A stretch of DNA of 64,000 nt from an uncultured delta proteobacterium (GTDB lineage: Bacteria; Myxococcota_A; Polyangia; Polyangiales; Polyangiaceae). The notes beneath the pieces were generated by a model. That model searched no databases and was not told the origin of the DNA. It saw nothing but the letters and a program-made list of their open reading frames with translations. The position numbers were made by a program, and so were the translations under genes. Below are positions 16,499 to 27,507 of this stretch, in pieces (position 1 is the stretch's first letter; every line of letters starts with the position of its first letter). The stretch spans positions 3,680,001 through 3,744,000 of the forward strand of contig CAWDXG010000004.1 of assembly GCA_963806225.1 (NCBI GenBank), given 5' to 3'.

Positions 16499-19162
16499 CT
16501 AGTCCCACTGGATGCGTAGATGGCGGACGCGGCCGCCGCGATCGCGGGTCTGGTCCGCGAAGAACAGCTCGCGACCGAGCAGCACCGGGAACACGGACTC
16601 GCCGGCTGGGCCCGTCAGCCCCGTGAGCCGGGACAGGCGTGGAGCACCAGCGCCAGGGTGCCACTCGAACGCCTGGAGCACCGCGTGACGGCCCACGTCG
16701 ACACCCACCACGACGCCGCACATCGCCTCGCGGCAGCTGAGGCCGACCGACGTGGGTGAACCGCCGTCGCCAGGAATGATCGCCGGGGGCGCCACGAAGC
16801 GTCCATCCGCATCCAGCTGGCCGATCCGGATGCCGGGGCTGTCACTGGCAAGCGGGTTTTCCGGGCGCGCCTCGACCCAGGCCACCACGGCGCCTTTCCC
16901 GAAGGGCGCGAGCACCGGCGAGTGCGAGTGCGGACGCGTGGCCATCAGCCGCTGCTCGGGCGCCAGGGGCTTGCCATTGGCGTTGTCGACACGTGCCAGG
17001 TAGATGTCCGCCCAGCCAGGCTCGGCGCTGTCCCGCGTATCGGCCCACGCCAGAAGCGTGTGGTCGCCCCGGCGCAACATGCTCAGGCCTGTCGCTCCGC
17101 CGGTCACGCTGGTCACGCGCTGCTCGGGCGCTACGCGCTTCAGCGCGCGATTCACTTTCGTGACGTAGACCTCGGGGTCCCCCGTGCGCTCGTCTACCCA
17201 ACCGACCAGCCAGCCGTCGCCCACGTAGGCGGTCGCCACGTCGCTGACCTCGCCCTTGTGGTGCGTGAGCGCGTGCTGCACCTGCTTCCTGCCGTCCACA
17301 CCGACGCGCGTGACGAAAATCTGGGGCTGCTTGTTGTCCATCGCCGCCCAGGCGAGCAGGGCCTCGTTCTTCGATGGGTCGCCGGCCGAAAGCGAGACGC
17401 CGCCGAGCGACCGCGCACGGAGCGAGATCGTCTGCGGCTCGCCGGCTGGCTTGCCATCGGGAAACGCGCGCACCTGCAGCAGCGCTCGCGTCGGATCGTA
17501 GCGGCCGTCGGGCGCCGGATGCTTGAGGCGTTTGTAGGGCGTAGTGGGGTCGAAGTAGGTGACCCAGGCAGCGAGCGTGGTGGTGGCCACCCGGGTCGCG
17601 GAGACGTCGGCAAGCGGCGCCAGCTCGGCCACGGCGGAGTTCGACAGCGCGAAGGGCGGAGCCGGAGGAGTGACGTGATGACCGGGCGGGGTCCAGTCGC
17701 CCGTGTGCGCGGCTAGATCCACGGCATAGATGGGCGCGGGCGATTTCGAGAGCGCGGCCAACGCGGTGCAACCGTGACTGCGACAGGTCAGCCCCCATGC
17801 CAGGGAAACGCCGGCACCGCCGAGAGCGGACAGCCGCGCGGGCTCGGCGCCCACCACGTGCAGGGTGCGGTTGAATTCGACGAACGTGGGCAGGTTGTCG
17901 GCATCCTGGCAATCGTCGCCCTTGTGGCAGGCGGGCGCGAGCGTCAGTGCTGCCACTCCAGCGCGGGTCGCCCGCATCTCCGGCACGCTGCCGTCCTCGG
18001 CAGCCATGAGCAGCACGCCGCGGTTCGCGCCGAGCTTCGCGTCGGCGCTCACGGCGGCCAGCTTGATCGCGCGGCCGTGGTCCGGTCGCTCGTTGAGATT
18101 TTCCCAGGCGATGTACGCCGGTCCGTGACCCTGGAATGGACGGACCAGCCGCACCAGCGCCTGCTCGCCGACCCGCCGCGTCCCCGGGGCGGGCGGGTGG
18201 ACGACCTTGCCGGACGCGCCGATGCTCGCGAGATAGATGCGCGGCTCGAGATCGCGCTCGTCCGACCAGGCCAGGAGCAGGGAGCCGTCGACGCGCGTCA
18301 TGTCCAGGTCGAGCCCGGCAGTCGGCAACTTGCTGACGACCAGCGGTTTGCCCGGCTTGCCGGCGGGATCGAGGAAGACCACCTCGACCGGACCGGTGGC
18401 GGTGTGGCCCTTGTCGGCCATGACAGCGGCGAGCGCGGCGCCGCCGTTGACGGGCACGGCCTGCCACGCTCGCGCATTTTCGAGCACGGTGTGCACGGCT
18501 CCGACCATTTCGCCAGCAGGGCCGAGCTCGACTGCGTGCACGTCCGCTCTATCGCCGTGCTGGACCGCCCACATCGCCAGCGTGCCGCGGGAAGTGGGGA
18601 CCGCGTCGACCCAGAGCACGTCTCCCGCAGGTTCGGCGAGCGCGGTCGGGCCTCCGCTGAGCTCGCCGCGCACGCCGAGCACCATCGCTTCCACCTGCTG
18701 GCTGCCGAAGCCGCGCCGCGTGCTCACGACGACAAAGCCCGGCTGGCCGAGCCTTGCCGGCTTGCCCGCGGGCGCCGCCTTTTGTGGGCCTCCGGCCGGC
18801 TTGACCGCGACCAGACCGATCTGGCCGGGAGCATCGGTGAGCGCCAGCGGCTTGCTTGGCGTTGCCGTGTGGGTGCCCAGCGAAACGGTAAACCAACGGC
18901 GCGACTTGCCCTTGCCAGGGACCTCCGCCCACACGGCGATCGTGCTGCCTGGACGCTCGCCGACGTAGGGACCGTACGTGCCGGACGGAACCTCCGCGAG
19001 CTTCACCGACGGCAGGGCCGCCGGCTTCGCGGTCGCGCCGGCATCGCCTACGGCCGCCGACGCGGCCGGATGTGGGTGCGGATGCGCAAGAGGCGCCTGG
19101 GAGGCGGGCGAGCAACCGATCGCGACGAGCGCGACGAAACAGAAGCGTCGGAGCACGGGCAC
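16499..19162 (-). CDS. Large secreted lipoprotein, probable beta-propeller repeats; start approximate
   Basis: RRFCFVALVAIGC lipobox, recurring LAW(S/V/A)D(E/T)R beta-strand repeats. Confidence 0.7.
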   Translation of the reverse strand: MPVLRRFCFVALVAIGCSPASQAPLAHPHPHPAASAAVGDAGATAKPAALPSVKLAEVPSGTYGPYVGERPGSTIAVWAEVPGKGKSRRWFTVSLGTHTATPSKPLALTDAPGQIGLVAVKPAGGPQKAAPAGKPARLGQPGFVVVSTRRGFGSQQVEAMVLGVRGELSGGPTALAEPAGDVLWVDAVPTSRGTLAMWAVQHGDRADVHAVELGPAGEMVGAVHTVLENARAWQAVPVNGGAALAAVMADKGHTATGPVEVVFLDPAGKPGKPLVVSKLPTAGLDLDMTRVDGSLLLAWSDERDLEPRIYLASIGASGKVVHPPAPGTRRVGEQALVRLVRPFQGHGPAYIAWENLNERPDHGRAIKLAAVSADAKLGANRGVLLMAAEDGSVPEMRATRAGVAALTLAPACHKGDDCQDADNLPTFVEFNRTLHVVGAEPARLSALGGAGVSLAWGLTCRSHGCTALAALSKSPAPIYAVDLAAHTGDWTPPGHHVTPPAPPFALSNSAVAELAPLADVSATRVATTTLAAWVTYFDPTTPYKRLKHPAPDGRYDPTRALLQVRAFPDGKPAGEPQTISLRARSLGGVSLSAGDPSKNEALLAWAAMDNKQPQIFVTRVGVDGRKQVQHALTHHKGEVSDVATAYVGDGWLVGWVDERTGDPEVYVTKVNRALKRVAPEQRVTSVTGGATGLSMLRRGDHTLLAWADTRDSAEPGWADIYLARVDNANGKPLAPEQRLMATRPHSHSPVLAPFGKGAVVAWVEARPENPLASDSPGIRIGQLDADGRFVAPPAIIPGDGGSPTSVGLSCREAMCGVVVGVDVGRHAVLQAFEWHPGAGAPRLSRLTGLTGPAGESVFPVLLGRELFFADQTRDRGGRVRHLRIQWD

Positions 19163-19340
19163 CGGAACCTGCCAAAGCCGGAGGCCTCGCGCAACCAGAC
19201 GCCCTCCGCGCGCCCACGGCCGGGTCGACAGAATGCAAAATGCGGCCGGAAGAGCCCGTCGAGCCCTGGAAAACCGCGACGTCCGCCACCGGACACGTGC
19301 GGATTGCCTTCGGCGAAAAGCATGGTCACGGTCCGCTACC

Positions 19341-22300
19341 ATGGAGAGAGATCTTCTAGGGGCGGACCTGGAGCGACTGTTCGATCTCGCCGAGTTGATG
19401 CAACTCGGCCGCTGGGTGCTCGGCGTCGAACCGGACGAGGTCGGCGGCCACGGCGCACGGGGCTCTTTCGCGGCGGCTCTGGCGAAGCGCTGCGCGGCCG
19501 AGGACGCAACCGCAGCGTTGTGCGACGCCGTCCTCGCCTTGCGCCAGGGCACGGACCCGGCGATCGCGCGCCTGCGCGACGGCGGGGCGGAGGGACGGCT
19601 CCTCGAGGCGGGGGACAAGCTCGGGCCCTACACCATCGAGCGCAGCCTGGGGCAGGGCGCGCTCGGCACCGTCTACGTTGCACATCGGGGTGACGACGCC
19701 GTCCGCATCAAGCTGCTCCACAGACACTGCACGCGCGACCGCAGCGCGGTGCAGCGTTTCCTCGCGTTGAACCGGCGCCTCGAGGCGAGAGGGCATGTTG
19801 GACTTCCAACCCGGTTCGAGTCGCTCGCGTTCAACGGCCGGATTGCGCTCGTCCAGGCCTACGTCGAAGGGGAAACTCTCGACGCTCGCCTGCCGCGCAC
19901 GGGGCCGGCGCGCCTGCGCGAGCTGTGGGCGGTCCTGCGCGGCACGCTGGAGGCACTCGCATCGCTTCACAATCGACGCATCGTCCACGGCGACCTCGCG
20001 CTCTCGAATGTGCTGGTCGAGCCCGACGGCGACAGCAAGCGCGTGCTACTGCTCGACGCCGGCTCGGACTTCCTGCGGGCGCATCTACCGCCCGCAGAAG
20101 CGCGCCGCGCAGCCCCCGAGCTGCTGCGCGGCGAGACGCCGACGCCCCGCACCGATGTGTACGCCTTCGGCACGCTTCTGTACGAGCTGATGAGCGGGCA
20201 CGCGGTCTTCCCGGGAAACAACGGACAGGAAGCCTGGCTGCTGCCGCTGACCCACGATGCCGATCCTCTAAGCTTCCACGCGCCCCGCGGCTTTGTCACC
20301 GGCGAGCTCGACGAGTTCGTGATGGGCCTTCTGGACAAGGATCCGTCGCACCGACCTGCAGACGCAGGCGTGGCACTGGAGGTACTCGAAGCGCTGGTGG
20401 AGCTGTCGGTCCGGCGCGACAGTCTGCTACCCGAAGCCGAGCTCGATCATCGCGCACAGGCATTGCTCGAGGCTCCCGACGACGAGGTCCGCGCCGCCAC
20501 ACTGGAAGCGGCGGTGGACCAGGGCGCCGACCCGAGACGCATTGGCGACGCGCTGCGGATGGCGGCCGACGAGCTCGAGCAGCGCCCCGAGGCGCTGGAA
20601 GCAAGAAAGCGGCTTCTGTATCGCGCGGCCGCGCTCTTCGAGCGCGCCGCCGCCGACCTCGACGCCGCGGAGCGCACGTACCAGACACTGCTGCTCATCG
20701 ACCCGGCCGACGAGATCGCCTCGGCGCACCTGGAACGGATCTACCGTCGCCTCGGCAAGCACGACCGCCTGGTGGAGACGCTGCTCGTCCGGGCCGAGCA
20801 GAGCCCAGGCGCTCGCGAGCGCGCCGCCGCGTTCGCTCGCATGGGCAACCTGCTCGCCGTCGAGCTGGACGACGCCGAACAGGCGCTGATCGCCTACACC
20901 CACGCGCTCTGCGCAGACCCCACGGAAAGCGACTTTGCCGAGCAGATCGAGCGGCTCGCGGGGGCGGACATGCAGGCGTGGACCGACGTCCAGGCGAGCT
21001 GCTCGGAGGCCATCGCCGACGACGCCAGCGCGGAACAGAAAAGCCGGCTTCTGGGCTACATGGGGCGCTGGTACGCGTCCCGGCTGAAGCGGCCCGATCT
21101 CGCCGTGCAGTGCTACCAGACGGTGCTCGAGGCGGACCCCGCCAACGACCTCGCGCTCAGGGAGATGGCGTCGCTGTACCGGGAGGCGAGACTGTGGCGG
21201 GAGCTCGTCGGTGTGCTCGTGCTGCGCGCCGACGCGGCCGTCACACCGTCACTCGGCCGCGAGCTCCGTGCCGAGGCCGCGGAGATCTACGCCGCGCGGC
21301 TCGATGACGCTACCGCGGCGAAACGTCTGTACGAGCAGGTCCTATCGGAGGATCCCGCGCACGAGCATGCGACGCGCGGTCTGGCGGAGCTGCTCCGACG
21401 CGAAGGCGATCTGCGGGCGTGCATCGCGATCCTCGAGCGACGTGCGGCCGCGCTCAGGAGCGACGCGCGGCGCGAGCTGCTCCTCGAGATCGCCGGCATC
21501 GAGGAACACGCCCTGGCCGATGCCGAGGCGGCCGCGCGCCGCTACGGCAACGTGCTGGTGGAGTCGCCGGAGGACCTGGACGCGCTCAGCGGACTGGAAC
21601 GCATCTACGTCCGGCTCGGCCGCTATCCGGAGCTGGTCGACAACCTGCACCGGCAGCTCGCGCTTGCTGTCGTTCCCGCGCAGAAAACCCTGCTGCTCGA
21701 GCGCATCGCCGCCATCTACGCGGAGGAGTTCCTCGATCGCGCGATGGCGACCGACACGCTGGAAAAGGCGCTGGAGCTCGACCCCAAACGGGAAAGCACG
21801 CTCCAGACCCTCGCCGAGCACTACCGTGCCCTGGAACGCTGGCAGGATCTCATCCGCATCCTCGAACGGCAGCTCGAGCTCGAGCTCGCTCGCGCGGCGC
21901 GGATCGAGAAACTGACGACGCTCGCGGAAATCTACGGAAACCGCCTCGGCCAGCCCGAGCCCGCGCTCGCACGCTGGGACACCGTTCTCGAGCTGGATCC
22001 GGGCCACGACATCGCGCTCGGCCAGGTCGCGCGGCTGCGCACCACACTCGGCGACCAGGAGCACGCGCTCGTCGCGATCGAGACGATGGCCGCCAGGGCG
22101 ACCGCGCCCGACGAGAAGGCCCGGCACTTTGCCGAGGCGGCGCGTCTGCTGGAAGAGCGCGGCGAAATCGACGCCGCCATCGAACGCTACAAGCGCGCAC
22201 TGGAAGCGACTCCGCGCGACGCGGCGCTTCTCGACCGGCTCTCGGCAGCACATCTGGCGCAGGGCGACACCGCAGCCGCCATGTCGGTCCTCGAGCGCCG

Positions 22301-24608
22301 TATCGAGCACGCGGACAGCGACTGGGCGCGCGCTCGCGTCTGCGCCGAGCTCGCATGGCTGGCTCGCGATCGAGTCGGCGACCCCGAGCTCGCGAGGAAG
22401 ACTGCGCGACGCGCGATCGGCTACGATCCCGACAACGCCGCTGCGCTCGCGCTGCTGGCCGACATGGCGTACGAGGCGGACGATTTCGAACAGGCCACCG
22501 ATCTGTACCGCAAGGCGGGAGGTCAGAGCGAAGACCCCGCCGTGCTCGCCCGTTATGCCGACGCACTGTCGAAGCTCGGCGAAAACGAGGAGGCGCTCGC
22601 AGTCGCCGAACGCTGGCTGGCGCTCGCACCCGACAACGTCGACGCCGTGCACCACGGGGCCGAGCTGGCGTTCGAGTGCGGCGTGTGGAAGCGGGCGGCC
22701 GAGCTCGCGTTGACCTGGCACGACCGCGTCGATTCGCGCGAGCAGTTCGCCGACCGCGGCGAAGCGCTATACTTGCTCGGCGAATCCCGGCGACGGCTCG
22801 GCGACGGCGACGGCGCCCGGGAGGCCCTGCAGCGGGCCGCCCGCCTTCTGCCCGACGACGCGCGACCGCTCGCTGCCGTGGCGCACATCCACGAGGACCG
22901 GGAGGAATGGCACGAGCTGGAGCGCACGCTCGAGCGCAATCTGGATCGCGTGGAGCCGGACTCGCGGCTCGAGCTCTACATGAAGCTCGGCGAGATCGCG
23001 AGCGTGCGTCTCGGCGACGCCGACGCGGCGGCGCGTCGCTATCTCGCCGCACTCGCGGAGCATCCGAAGGAGCGACGGGTCCTGCTCAAGCTGCTGGAGC
23101 TCTACAGCGCGGGCAAGGACTGGACGAGACTCGTCAACGTCATCCTGGAGATCGCCGAGCTGGTCGCCGACGAGGGACAGCAGGCCAAGTACCTCCACAC
23201 AGCGGCCCGCGTCGCGGCGCAGGAGCTCGACGACAAGAAGCGCGCGGTCGAGCTGCTCGAGCGCGCGCTGGCGCTCGACCCGGCGCTGCCGGACGCCGCC
23301 ACCGAAGCCGTCGAGCTCTACCAGTCCCTCGGCGACGAGGACGCCGCGGTGCGCGTCCTCGAGCTCCGGCTGCGCGCCGTGTCGGCGGACGGCGACCGGA
23401 AGCAGGCGCTCGCGATCCTCGATCAACTGGCGGATCTGCACCTGTCGCAACTCCGCATCGAGGAGGCGATCACGGCGACCGAAGCCGCGTTACAGCTCGC
23501 TCCCGAAAGCGAGCGCCGCGGCAAGCTCCTGGCCGAGCTCTACGCTTCCGAGCCCACGCGCTATGCATCGCAGGCCGTTCACGCACAGGAGGAGCTCCTG
23601 CGCGAGGACCCGTATCGCCCCGAGCCCTACGAGACGCTGCATGCGCTCTACTCGGAGGCGTCGCGACCGGACGGTGTGTGGTGCGTGTGCCAGGCGCTCG
23701 TCCTTTTGCACCGTGCCACCCCGCGACAGGAAACCTTCTTCCGCCTCCACCGCCGCCCCGGACCGCTGGCGACGTCGGCGCACGTCACCGACGACGAGTG
23801 GTGGGCGCTGCTCATGCATCCCGGCGCCGACCCGCAGGTCACCAGGGTGTTCCGGTTGATCCAACCGTCCATGGTCACGGCGCGCACCAAGGCGTTCGAG
23901 AAGTTCGGCTACCACTTCGACCAGCGCGTCGACACCGGGAGCGACGCGCAGGGCCTCGCCCTGGCGCTCGGCAACGCGGCGAGCGTGCTCGGCATGAGCC
24001 TGCCACCGATCGTGCACGACCCGTCGCTGGGCGGAGCGATCTCGCTCCTGAGGTCGAATCCGGGTGCCCTCGCCCTCGGCAACGCCGGGATGTCGAGGGA
24101 TCTGCCGCCAAGGCAGGCGGCTTTCGTGGCCGCAGCGCATCTGTCGTACTTCAGGCCCGGCCTGTACGCGCGCTACCTGATCCCGACCCGCACCGCCCTC
24201 AAGGCCTGGCTGCTCGCAGCCCTCAAGCTCATCGCGCCGCGGTTGCCCATCGCTCCCAACCTGGAAGGGCCCACCCAGGAGGCCCACCAGATCCTGGCGC
24301 GGGAGATGGTCGGGCCGGCGCGGGACGAGCTGGCAGAACCGGTCTCCGAGCTGTTGCGGCGCGGCGCAACGGTCGATCTGGCGCGCTGGATCAACGCGGT
24401 CGATCTGACGGCTGACCGCGCGGGGCTCCTGCTCTCCGACGACCTGGGCGCTGCGCTCGCGCTCGTCAAGAGCTCCAGGGACGAGGCGACATCAGTACCG
24501 ATAGCGGAACGTCTGAAGCACCTGTACCGCTATGCGGTCAGTAGCGAGTACCTGTCCCTCAGAGCACACCTGCGCGTCGACGTCGGCCGCGGTCCGCTCG
24601 AGAACTAG
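19341..24608 (+). CDS. Ser/Thr kinase-like domain fused to a long TPR array
   Basis: LGQGALGTVY, HGDLALSNVL, APE, DVYAFG; many TPR-like helices ending DP; start MERDLLG. Confidence 0.85.
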   Translation: MERDLLGADLERLFDLAELMQLGRWVLGVEPDEVGGHGARGSFAAALAKRCAAEDATAALCDAVLALRQGTDPAIARLRDGGAEGRLLEAGDKLGPYTIERSLGQGALGTVYVAHRGDDAVRIKLLHRHCTRDRSAVQRFLALNRRLEARGHVGLPTRFESLAFNGRIALVQAYVEGETLDARLPRTGPARLRELWAVLRGTLEALASLHNRRIVHGDLALSNVLVEPDGDSKRVLLLDAGSDFLRAHLPPAEARRAAPELLRGETPTPRTDVYAFGTLLYELMSGHAVFPGNNGQEAWLLPLTHDADPLSFHAPRGFVTGELDEFVMGLLDKDPSHRPADAGVALEVLEALVELSVRRDSLLPEAELDHRAQALLEAPDDEVRAATLEAAVDQGADPRRIGDALRMAADELEQRPEALEARKRLLYRAAALFERAAADLDAAERTYQTLLLIDPADEIASAHLERIYRRLGKHDRLVETLLVRAEQSPGARERAAAFARMGNLLAVELDDAEQALIAYTHALCADPTESDFAEQIERLAGADMQAWTDVQASCSEAIADDASAEQKSRLLGYMGRWYASRLKRPDLAVQCYQTVLEADPANDLALREMASLYREARLWRELVGVLVLRADAAVTPSLGRELRAEAAEIYAARLDDATAAKRLYEQVLSEDPAHEHATRGLAELLRREGDLRACIAILERRAAALRSDARRELLLEIAGIEEHALADAEAAARRYGNVLVESPEDLDALSGLERIYVRLGRYPELVDNLHRQLALAVVPAQKTLLLERIAAIYAEEFLDRAMATDTLEKALELDPKRESTLQTLAEHYRALERWQDLIRILERQLELELARAARIEKLTTLAEIYGNRLGQPEPALARWDTVLELDPGHDIALGQVARLRTTLGDQEHALVAIETMAARATAPDEKARHFAEAARLLEERGEIDAAIERYKRALEATPRDAALLDRLSAAHLAQGDTAAAMSVLERRIEHADSDWARARVCAELAWLARDRVGDPELARKTARRAIGYDPDNAAALALLADMAYEADDFEQATDLYRKAGGQSEDPAVLARYADALSKLGENEEALAVAERWLALAPDNVDAVHHGAELAFECGVWKRAAELALTWHDRVDSREQFADRGEALYLLGESRRRLGDGDGAREALQRAARLLPDDARPLAAVAHIHEDREEWHELERTLERNLDRVEPDSRLELYMKLGEIASVRLGDADAAARRYLAALAEHPKERRVLLKLLELYSAGKDWTRLVNVILEIAELVADEGQQAKYLHTAARVAAQELDDKKRAVELLERALALDPALPDAATEAVELYQSLGDEDAAVRVLELRLRAVSADGDRKQALAILDQLADLHLSQLRIEEAITATEAALQLAPESERRGKLLAELYASEPTRYASQAVHAQEELLREDPYRPEPYETLHALYSEASRPDGVWCVCQALVLLHRATPRQETFFRLHRRPGPLATSAHVTDDEWWALLMHPGADPQVTRVFRLIQPSMVTARTKAFEKFGYHFDQRVDTGSDAQGLALALGNAASVLGMSLPPIVHDPSLGGAISLLRSNPGALALGNAGMSRDLPPRQAAFVAAAHLSYFRPGLYARYLIPTRTALKAWLLAALKLIAPRLPIAPNLEGPTQEAHQILAREMVGPARDELAEPVSELLRRGATVDLARWINAVDLTADRAGLLLSDDLGAALALVKSSRDEATSVPIAERLKHLYRYAVSSEYLSLRAHLRVDVGRGPLEN

Positions 24609-24612
24609 CCGC

Positions 24613-24891
24613 TCAGAAGCCCTGGGACGGCACGTCTCCCACGCTGCACGATCCGGCGATGTCCCGATAGCGGGCCATCGCCGGCACCAGATTGTCGGGG
24701 TCGGCGTAGGTCTGCTGGCTGGCGGTGTAGTGGTCGAGCTCGGAGCCGCGGCGACACGATGACGTGCTTCGCTTTCGGGCGGGCCTTGCGGCGCGCGGCT
24801 TTTCGCCGGCTGCCGCGGCGGCGCGGGATCTCGCCGTGCCGGTCAACACCACGGCCAGGGCAATCAACCGGGCGTGGGACCTCGGGCGCAT
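24613..24891 (-). CDS. Possible small exported protein or gene remnant
   Basis: Fills the intergenic gap; signal-peptide-like MRPRSHARLIALAVVL; no recognisable family. Confidence 0.3.
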   Translation of the reverse strand: MRPRSHARLIALAVVLTGTARSRAAAAAGEKPRAARPARKRSTSSCRRGSELDHYTASQQTYADPDNLVPAMARYRDIAGSCSVGDVPSQGF

Positions 24892-24982
24892 GGCGGCTCC
24901 CGATATTGCCCGACCGAAGCGAAAACCTTCATGATCAAGCACAAACCGCACCGCGGGCCGGGCAAACGGCTAGGATGCCGGC

Positions 24983-26698
24983 GTGACGCTGGCACAGCGC
25001 CTGCTGGTCGCGATCGGGATCCTCACGATCGCCACGACAGCCGCGCTCGGTTTCGGAGTGCGCGAAGCCTGGCGGCGCACGGAAGAGCAACGCTTCCGCG
25101 AGCAGTTCGAGCTGGTCAAGCAGCGGCTGCAGAAGGAGCTCCGGTCGCAGATGGTGGACCTGCCGGCGCTGATCGATCCGGTCTGCGATCACGATCCGCT
25201 GGTGGACAGCGCTCTGGTCGGTCTCAAGCGGGGCGACCTGGACGCGCGGCGGCTCTCACTCAGCCTGCGCGTTCCGGAGCTGATGAAGGCGCTGCGTCTC
25301 GACGAGCTGTTGCTGGTCACCAACCGGGGCGAGATCCTGGGCGCAGGCCAGGAAGGGCTGGTGGGCAAGCGGGACCAGAAGCTGCTCGCCCGCATGCGGA
25401 CACCCGGCGAGACCGCCAGCCTGCGCACCAGCGAATCGCCGCTGGCCGTTGAAGCGCACTGCACGCGCCCGGCCGACCGGAAAGGGCCGTGGGTGGGGCT
25501 GTACGCAGCGCGTCACGTGCAGTCGCTCTTCGACGAGATCGGGCGGAGCTACGGCGTCAAGCTGTCGCTGTCGCGGCCGACCGACGACAAGGACGCGATG
25601 ATCGCGCCGATGAGGCTGCCGGAGCTCGGCGGGATGACGGTAATCGCGAGCCGCTCCCGCGTGCCGCTGCACCGCGCGCTGGAGCAACTGGACTGGACGA
25701 TCCTGCTGATCGGTGGCGCCGTGTTCGGTGCGGCGCTGCTGGTCGCGATGCTGATGTCGCGCGGCCTGGCGCGGCCCATCGTGAGTCTGTCGCGACAGGC
25801 CCGCGCGGTGGTCACGGGCGAACCGAAACCCGTGGAAGGCGGCGGCGGCCGCGAGCTGGAGGAGTTCGCCGATTCCTTCAACAGGGCAATCGCCGATCTG
25901 GTAGCGCTCCGCAAACGGCTCGCCGCCACCGAGCGCATCGCCGCGCGGCGCGAGGTGGCCCGGCGCGTCGCCCACGAGATCAAGAACCCGCTGGCTCCCA
26001 TCCGCGCTGCGGTCGAGACGCTCAGGCGACTGCATGCCCGGGGCGATCCGGCGTTCGAGGAGTACTTCGACGAAGCGACGCGCACGGTGCTGGATGAGGT
26101 GGCGCGCATCAGCAACATCGTCACGCAGTTCACACGCTTCGCGCGGCTGCCGCCGCCCGAGCCCGCGCCGATGGACATCGTGGAAACGGTGCGCAAGGTG
26201 GTCGGGCTGCATTCGAGCAGCGGCGCGGCGGTGTCGCTCGAGACGCAGAGCTGCCCGACGATCGTCGCGGATCGCGATCAGATCGTGCAGCTCCTGACCA
26301 ATCTGCTGGTGAACGGCATCGACGCGGCCAGCTCGGCGGACGAGCCGAAGGTGGAGGTCGAGCTCCGCCCCGGCGCACGCGACACGGTGGAGCTCGTGGT
26401 CAGGGACAATGGCCCCGGCGTTCCACCGGCAATGCGTGACCGGCTCTTCGAACCGTACGCCACGAGCAAGCCGGAAGGGACGGGCCTGGGGCTGGCCATC
26501 GCCGAGCGGATTGCGGTCGAGCATGGCGGCGACATCGTCTACTCGGACACCCCGGGCGGCGGCGCCGTGTTCACGGTCTCGCTGCCGGTCGCGGGGCCGA
26601 CACTGCTGACCGAAGCGCCTTCGAGCGCGCCGGGCGGTCCAGCTCCGGCGTCCCCGGACCGGCGCGCGAAGGAAGAAAAGCCGCGGGACTCCGTCTAA
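24983..26698 (+). CDS. Sensor histidine kinase (NtrY-like, HAMP)
   Basis: Two TMs, HAMP, VAHEIKNPL H-box, NLLVNG, DNGPG, GTGLGL. Confidence 0.92.
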   Translation: MTLAQRLLVAIGILTIATTAALGFGVREAWRRTEEQRFREQFELVKQRLQKELRSQMVDLPALIDPVCDHDPLVDSALVGLKRGDLDARRLSLSLRVPELMKALRLDELLLVTNRGEILGAGQEGLVGKRDQKLLARMRTPGETASLRTSESPLAVEAHCTRPADRKGPWVGLYAARHVQSLFDEIGRSYGVKLSLSRPTDDKDAMIAPMRLPELGGMTVIASRSRVPLHRALEQLDWTILLIGGAVFGAALLVAMLMSRGLARPIVSLSRQARAVVTGEPKPVEGGGGRELEEFADSFNRAIADLVALRKRLAATERIAARREVARRVAHEIKNPLAPIRAAVETLRRLHARGDPAFEEYFDEATRTVLDEVARISNIVTQFTRFARLPPPEPAPMDIVETVRKVVGLHSSSGAAVSLETQSCPTIVADRDQIVQLLTNLLVNGIDAASSADEPKVEVELRPGARDTVELVVRDNGPGVPPAMRDRLFEPYATSKPEGTGLGLAIAERIAVEHGGDIVYSDTPGGGAVFTVSLPVAGPTLLTEAPSSAPGGPAPASPDRRAKEEKPRDSV

Positions 26699-26736
26699 TA
26701 TCGCAAGCCCCTGGCACGGAAGAGGCATCCGCAACG

Positions 26737-27393
26737 ATGAAAGCCGCAAGCCTGATGACCGCTCTTGCTCTCGCTCTGATGAGCAGCGGCTGCGTCATCA
26801 CCACCTATGAAGGCCTGCCGCCGCACGCGGCTCCGCCCCTGCTTCCGCCCCCGCCGGGCGCAGCCCCGCCCGCTCCCGCGTCCGCGCAGCGCCACCGGCA
26901 CGATCCGCGGCGCGCGGCGCCAGCGCGGCCTCGTCCCTGGCCGGCGCAGCCTCGTCAGCCAGCCCGGCCGGCCCAGGTGGGCCCCCGCCAACCCTACGCC
27001 CCTGCAACACCGGCCACTCGGCCTGGGCGTCCGGGGCCGGCACGCCCGGGACCGGGAGTTGGCACCCGTCCGCGGCCTGCGCGGCCGGCCCCTCGACCCG
27101 GCAACCCAAGGCCCGCGCACCATCCCGCGGGCGCCAAGCCCGTGACGCCCCATCCCGGGCCGGCCCCGCATCCGCACCCCGCGGTGCCGACGCCGACGAA
27201 GCCGACGAAGAAGCCCTCCCCCGCCCGTCACGGCACGCCCGACAAGGGCAAGCCGGGCAAGCCGAAACCGCCGCCCGGCCCCGGGATGAAGGGCAAGCCG
27301 GACGCGGGCGCCCCCCGCCCCAAGCACAAGGCGGGCAACCCCCGGAAGGCTGACGGGAAGCCCAAGCGCGTCCCGAAAGTGCCGGGCACCTGA
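26737..27393 (+). CDS. Pro/Lys/Arg-rich disordered lipoprotein
   Basis: MKAASLMTALALALMSSGC lipobox, GAGG RBS, low-complexity body. Confidence 0.65.
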   Translation: MKAASLMTALALALMSSGCVITTYEGLPPHAAPPLLPPPPGAAPPAPASAQRHRHDPRRAAPARPRPWPAQPRQPARPAQVGPRQPYAPATPATRPGRPGPARPGPGVGTRPRPARPAPRPGNPRPAHHPAGAKPVTPHPGPAPHPHPAVPTPTKPTKKPSPARHGTPDKGKPGKPKPPPGPGMKGKPDAGAPRPKHKAGNPRKADGKPKRVPKVPGT

Positions 27394-27507
27394 CGCCCCG
27401 GCTGCGTACAAATGCTTGTTCGCCGAGCGGCACGCCAATAGGCTGCCGGCTGAGCGGCGTGCACGCGGAGGCTCGGGCCTGCCGCTTTCGCCGGCAGGCG
27501 CGACACG

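Noticed and set aside
16170..16626. Small ORFs across the ncRNA candidate
   Set aside because: No convincing RBS, atypical codon usage and homopolymer runs; nucleotide pairing explains the region better
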